Virus record (IMG/VR): IMGVR_UViG_3300043357_000064
Location: 1-64,000 of that record
DNA: 64,000 bases
DNA from: a virus
Reading direction: 5' to 3' (one strand)
In this document: in pieces, positions 62,011-64,000 of the stretch
Numbering within the stretch: the first letter of the stretch is position 1
Layout: every line of letters begins with the position of its first letter
Notes under the pieces: generated by a model
Databases searched by the model: none
What the model saw: only the letters and a program-made list of their open reading frames with translations
Told to the model about the DNA's origin: nothing
Made by a program: the position numbers and the translations under genes

Positions 62011-62781
62011 TCACGCCACACCGCCCAGCTCGAGGACGCCCTGGCTCAACCGCACCGCGGCCTTCTCGCACGTCTCTTCGTCGGCTTCGACCAGCACGGC
62101 CCGGCGTCCGAGGATCTTCGCCGCGACGCCGGTCGTACAGGCGCCGGCGAAACAGTCGAGGACGAGACCACCCGGCGGCACGCACTCTCTGACAAGCGGC
62201 AGCACCGTGGCCAGCGGTTTCTCGTCCTGGTGGCGCTTCTCAAACCGCACCGACGGTGCTTCGACGACACTCCGGCGAAGACGCATACCGTCATCCGTCC
62301 AAGCGCTCAGGCGGCCTTCGCGGCGGTGCTCTGCAGCGGGAGCCAGACGGCGGACATAGCCCTTGTCCGGGCCGTCGACCGGTTCCCGCTCCCACTCGTG
62401 GTGAAGATCCGACCAGCGACCGCGGTACCAGTGGACCGCCCACTCGTGAACCTTCGACAGCCGGTCACGGGAGCCGGGACCGGTGCCGTTGCGCTTGATC
62501 CACAGTTGTTCCTGCGCGTACTTCCAGCCCTCGAAGTCCTGGGCGTGCTCCAAGAACATGCGGGTCGAGCCGAAACACCACAGCGACGCCGACGACGGCA
62601 GCACCGAGCCGACGACAGCAGGCCAGCCGTCAACCCAGCGATCCCACGAAGCGCTGGTCTCGCCATACGGCGGGTCGAGAACGGCGGCATCAGGCGTGAC
62701 GTCGAGTCGCGGCAGGACTTCGCGCATGTCGCCGAGGAGGAGACGGACGCTCTCGTCCTCGTAGAACGGCTCGACGCTCAC
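62011..62781 (-). CDS. DNA methyltransferase (beta-class, DPPY)
   Basis: 256 aa. LDPPYG (motif IV) precedes LDCFAGACTTGVAA (motif I). Confidence 0.85.
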   Translation of the reverse strand: MSVEPFYEDESVRLLLGDMREVLPRLDVTPDAAVLDPPYGETSASWDRWVDGWPAVVGSVLPSSASLWCFGSTRMFLEHAQDFEGWKYAQEQLWIKRNGTGPGSRDRLSKVHEWAVHWYRGRWSDLHHEWEREPVDGPDKGYVRRLAPAAEHRREGRLSAWTDDGMRLRRSVVEAPSVRFEKRHQDEKPLATVLPLVRECVPPGGLVLDCFAGACTTGVAAKILGRRAVLVEADEETCEKAAVRLSQGVLELGGVA

Positions 62782-62830
62782 TCGCCGTCTCCTTGCTTGG
62801 AAGGAACACCGACAACGGAGCGGGCGGCCA

Positions 62831-63538
62831 TCAGTTCGCCGCCCTTCGCCAGTCGCGACCGTCGAGGATGATCCGCGTGCACGTCTCGGCTAGCCGGCCG
62901 GAGATGCGATCTCCGAGCGCGGACCGGAGTTCGGTCACGGTCAGGTTGGTCGTGCAGATCGTCGGCCGCATCGACTCGTACCGGCCGTTGATCAGGCGAT
63001 ACGTGATTTCCTCAACCCACTCGGAGTTCTTCGCGACGCCGATGTCGTCGAGCAGCAGCAGATCGGCGGTGCGGAAGCGGTCCATCTCGGCCTCGCTGTC
63101 GACGCCCGGTCGCGGCCGGAGGGCGGCGGCGAAGTCCGGGAAGGTGCTCGCCACCCACGTGGTCACCGGGTGGATGTAGAGCGCGGCCCGCATCGCCGCG
63201 TACGCCTGGTGGGTCTTGCCGGTGCCGGGATTGCCGAAGAACAGCAGCGACGGCGAGCGGCGTGTGGTCTCGGTGAGTTGCTCAAGCCAGGCGAGGACTT
63301 CCGGCACGTCCGGTACGGCGTCGATGAACCGCATCGGGAAGATCGCGTCACAGCGGTCCATGGCGATGAGCCGGGCGTGGCCGTGGCGCGCGTCGGGACC
63401 GGCTTCCTGCCGGTCGATCGCGCACTCGGAGCAGGCCATGGCGTTGCGTTCGCCGTGCTTCGGACAGACGGCCAGTTCGCGAAGCTGCCGTGCTTCGGCG
63501 ACGGCCGCAGTGATCGCGGCGGCGGCACGGTTGGCCAT
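62831..63538 (-). CDS. DnaC/IstB-like AAA+ helicase loader
   Basis: 235 aa. Walker A GNPGTGKTH, Walker B LLLLDDIG, N-terminal Cys pairs. Confidence 0.8.
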   Translation of the reverse strand: MANRAAAAITAAVAEARQLRELAVCPKHGERNAMACSECAIDRQEAGPDARHGHARLIAMDRCDAIFPMRFIDAVPDVPEVLAWLEQLTETTRRSPSLLFFGNPGTGKTHQAYAAMRAALYIHPVTTWVASTFPDFAAALRPRPGVDSEAEMDRFRTADLLLLDDIGVAKNSEWVEEITYRLINGRYESMRPTICTTNLTVTELRSALGDRISGRLAETCTRIILDGRDWRRAAN

Positions 63539-64000
63539 CAGAGTTCCCCATCGTTGAAGTTGCGTTTCGGGTCGGCCTGGAACGACTGGTGACCGGTTGG
63601 AGACCGCGCGCCGTTGGATTTCGAGATGTCGTCGTTCCAGTGCTCGCCGTTGAGCCAGGTCGTGGGCAGCAGAATGTGCTCTCGATCGCGCCCCTTGACG
63701 TACTCGCGGTAGGCGAAGGCATCGGCAACGAGTTGCCCGGCGGGCCGCTTCTTGAGGGCTTTGGCGTAGGCGGCGCGAGCATCAAGTCGGCCCTGCTTGC
63801 GCGGGTATGCCTGGTCGTAGAACTCGGCGAATCGCTCTGGCTCTTCGTCCGCTGCGGATGCGCGCTGCTTCTTCGGCGGCGGCTCCGCAACCGTCTCCAG
63901 TTCGAACAGCGAAGCGTTCGAACTAGGTAGTTCTTTAAGTTCTTCTAGGTACGGGTCGGGTCGGGTCGGGGGGACCGTTACTGACGGTGTGACTAACGCG
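63538..64000 (-). CDS. Replication organizer-like protein, 3' part only (runs off window)
   Basis: Not in the track (no start in the window). Manual translation is open to the window edge and ends ...FAEFYDQAYPRKQGRLDARAAYAKALKK...NFNDGEL*. ATGA overlap with the DnaC-like gene. Confidence 0.5.
   Translation of the reverse strand, partial: ALVTPSVTVPPTRPDPYLEELKELPSSNASLFELETVAEPPPKKQRASAADEEPERFAEFYDQAYPRKQGRLDARAAYAKALKKRPAGQLVADAFAYREYVKGRDREHILLPTTWLNGEHWNDDISKSNGARSPTGHQSFQADPKRNFNDGEL

Noticed and set aside
63348-63890. 180-aa minus-strand track ORF at the right edge.
   Set aside because: It is an Arg/Ser/Pro-rich frame. The neighbouring frame, which ends with an ATGA overlap at 63538, has high GC3 and a recognisable ...YPRKQGRLDARAAYAKALKK replication-protein motif, and is open to the window edge.

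Overview
High-G+C, strongly GC3-biased actinobacterial-type DNA that is almost entirely mobile-element sequence. There are three blocks.

(i) 1-1207, minus strand: the 5' part of a beta-class DNA methyltransferase, plus a wHTH replication-initiator-like gene with iterons and an AT-rich patch inside its coding sequence.

(ii) 1435-16718, mostly plus strand: a module resembling an actinomycete integrative/conjugative element (AICE) or conjugative plasmid. It holds HTH/excisionase-like genes, many small Zn-finger ORFs, a Nudix hydrolase, and a second Rep paralog with its own iterons that is split by one in-frame TAA. It also holds Spd-like membrane proteins, an FtsK/SpoIIIE TraB-like translocase, a GIY-YIG protein, and a small hairpin-bounded cassette with an AT-rich operator region.

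(iii) 16910-64000, minus strand, read right to left: a siphovirus-type (pro)phage.
- Replication and early genes: replication organizer, DnaC-like loader, DPPY methyltransferase, about 25 small early genes and XRE regulators.
- Head: TerL carrying a class-3-type intein, portal, MuF, HNH, protease/scaffold, DUF2190, major capsid, and an unusually large head-accessory insert that includes a LamG-like protein with ten 20-aa repeats.
- Tail: connectors, major tail, G/G-T chaperones with a CCCTTTC slippery site, tape measure, and tip/fibre genes with a glycoside hydrolase.
- Lysis: DUF1906-type endolysin, holin-like membrane proteins, and three extra post-holin genes.

Secondary insertions in the phage:
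- a complete IS200/IS605 element (tnpA + tnpB) that splits the 3' Zn-finger of the HNH gene;
- an IS607-like remnant with an intact tnpB and a truncated tnpA;
- a translationally coupled small serine recombinase + endonuclease VII pair.

I found no rRNA, tRNA, CRISPR array, tyrosine or large-serine integrase, or att repeat in the window, so element boundaries cannot be fixed. Many long ORFs in the track are antisense or out-of-frame shadows typical of high-GC DNA and were not called. All functional calls come from motif recognition by eye, not from database searches. I could not identify a clearly new multi-gene system; the candidates worth testing are listed as findings.
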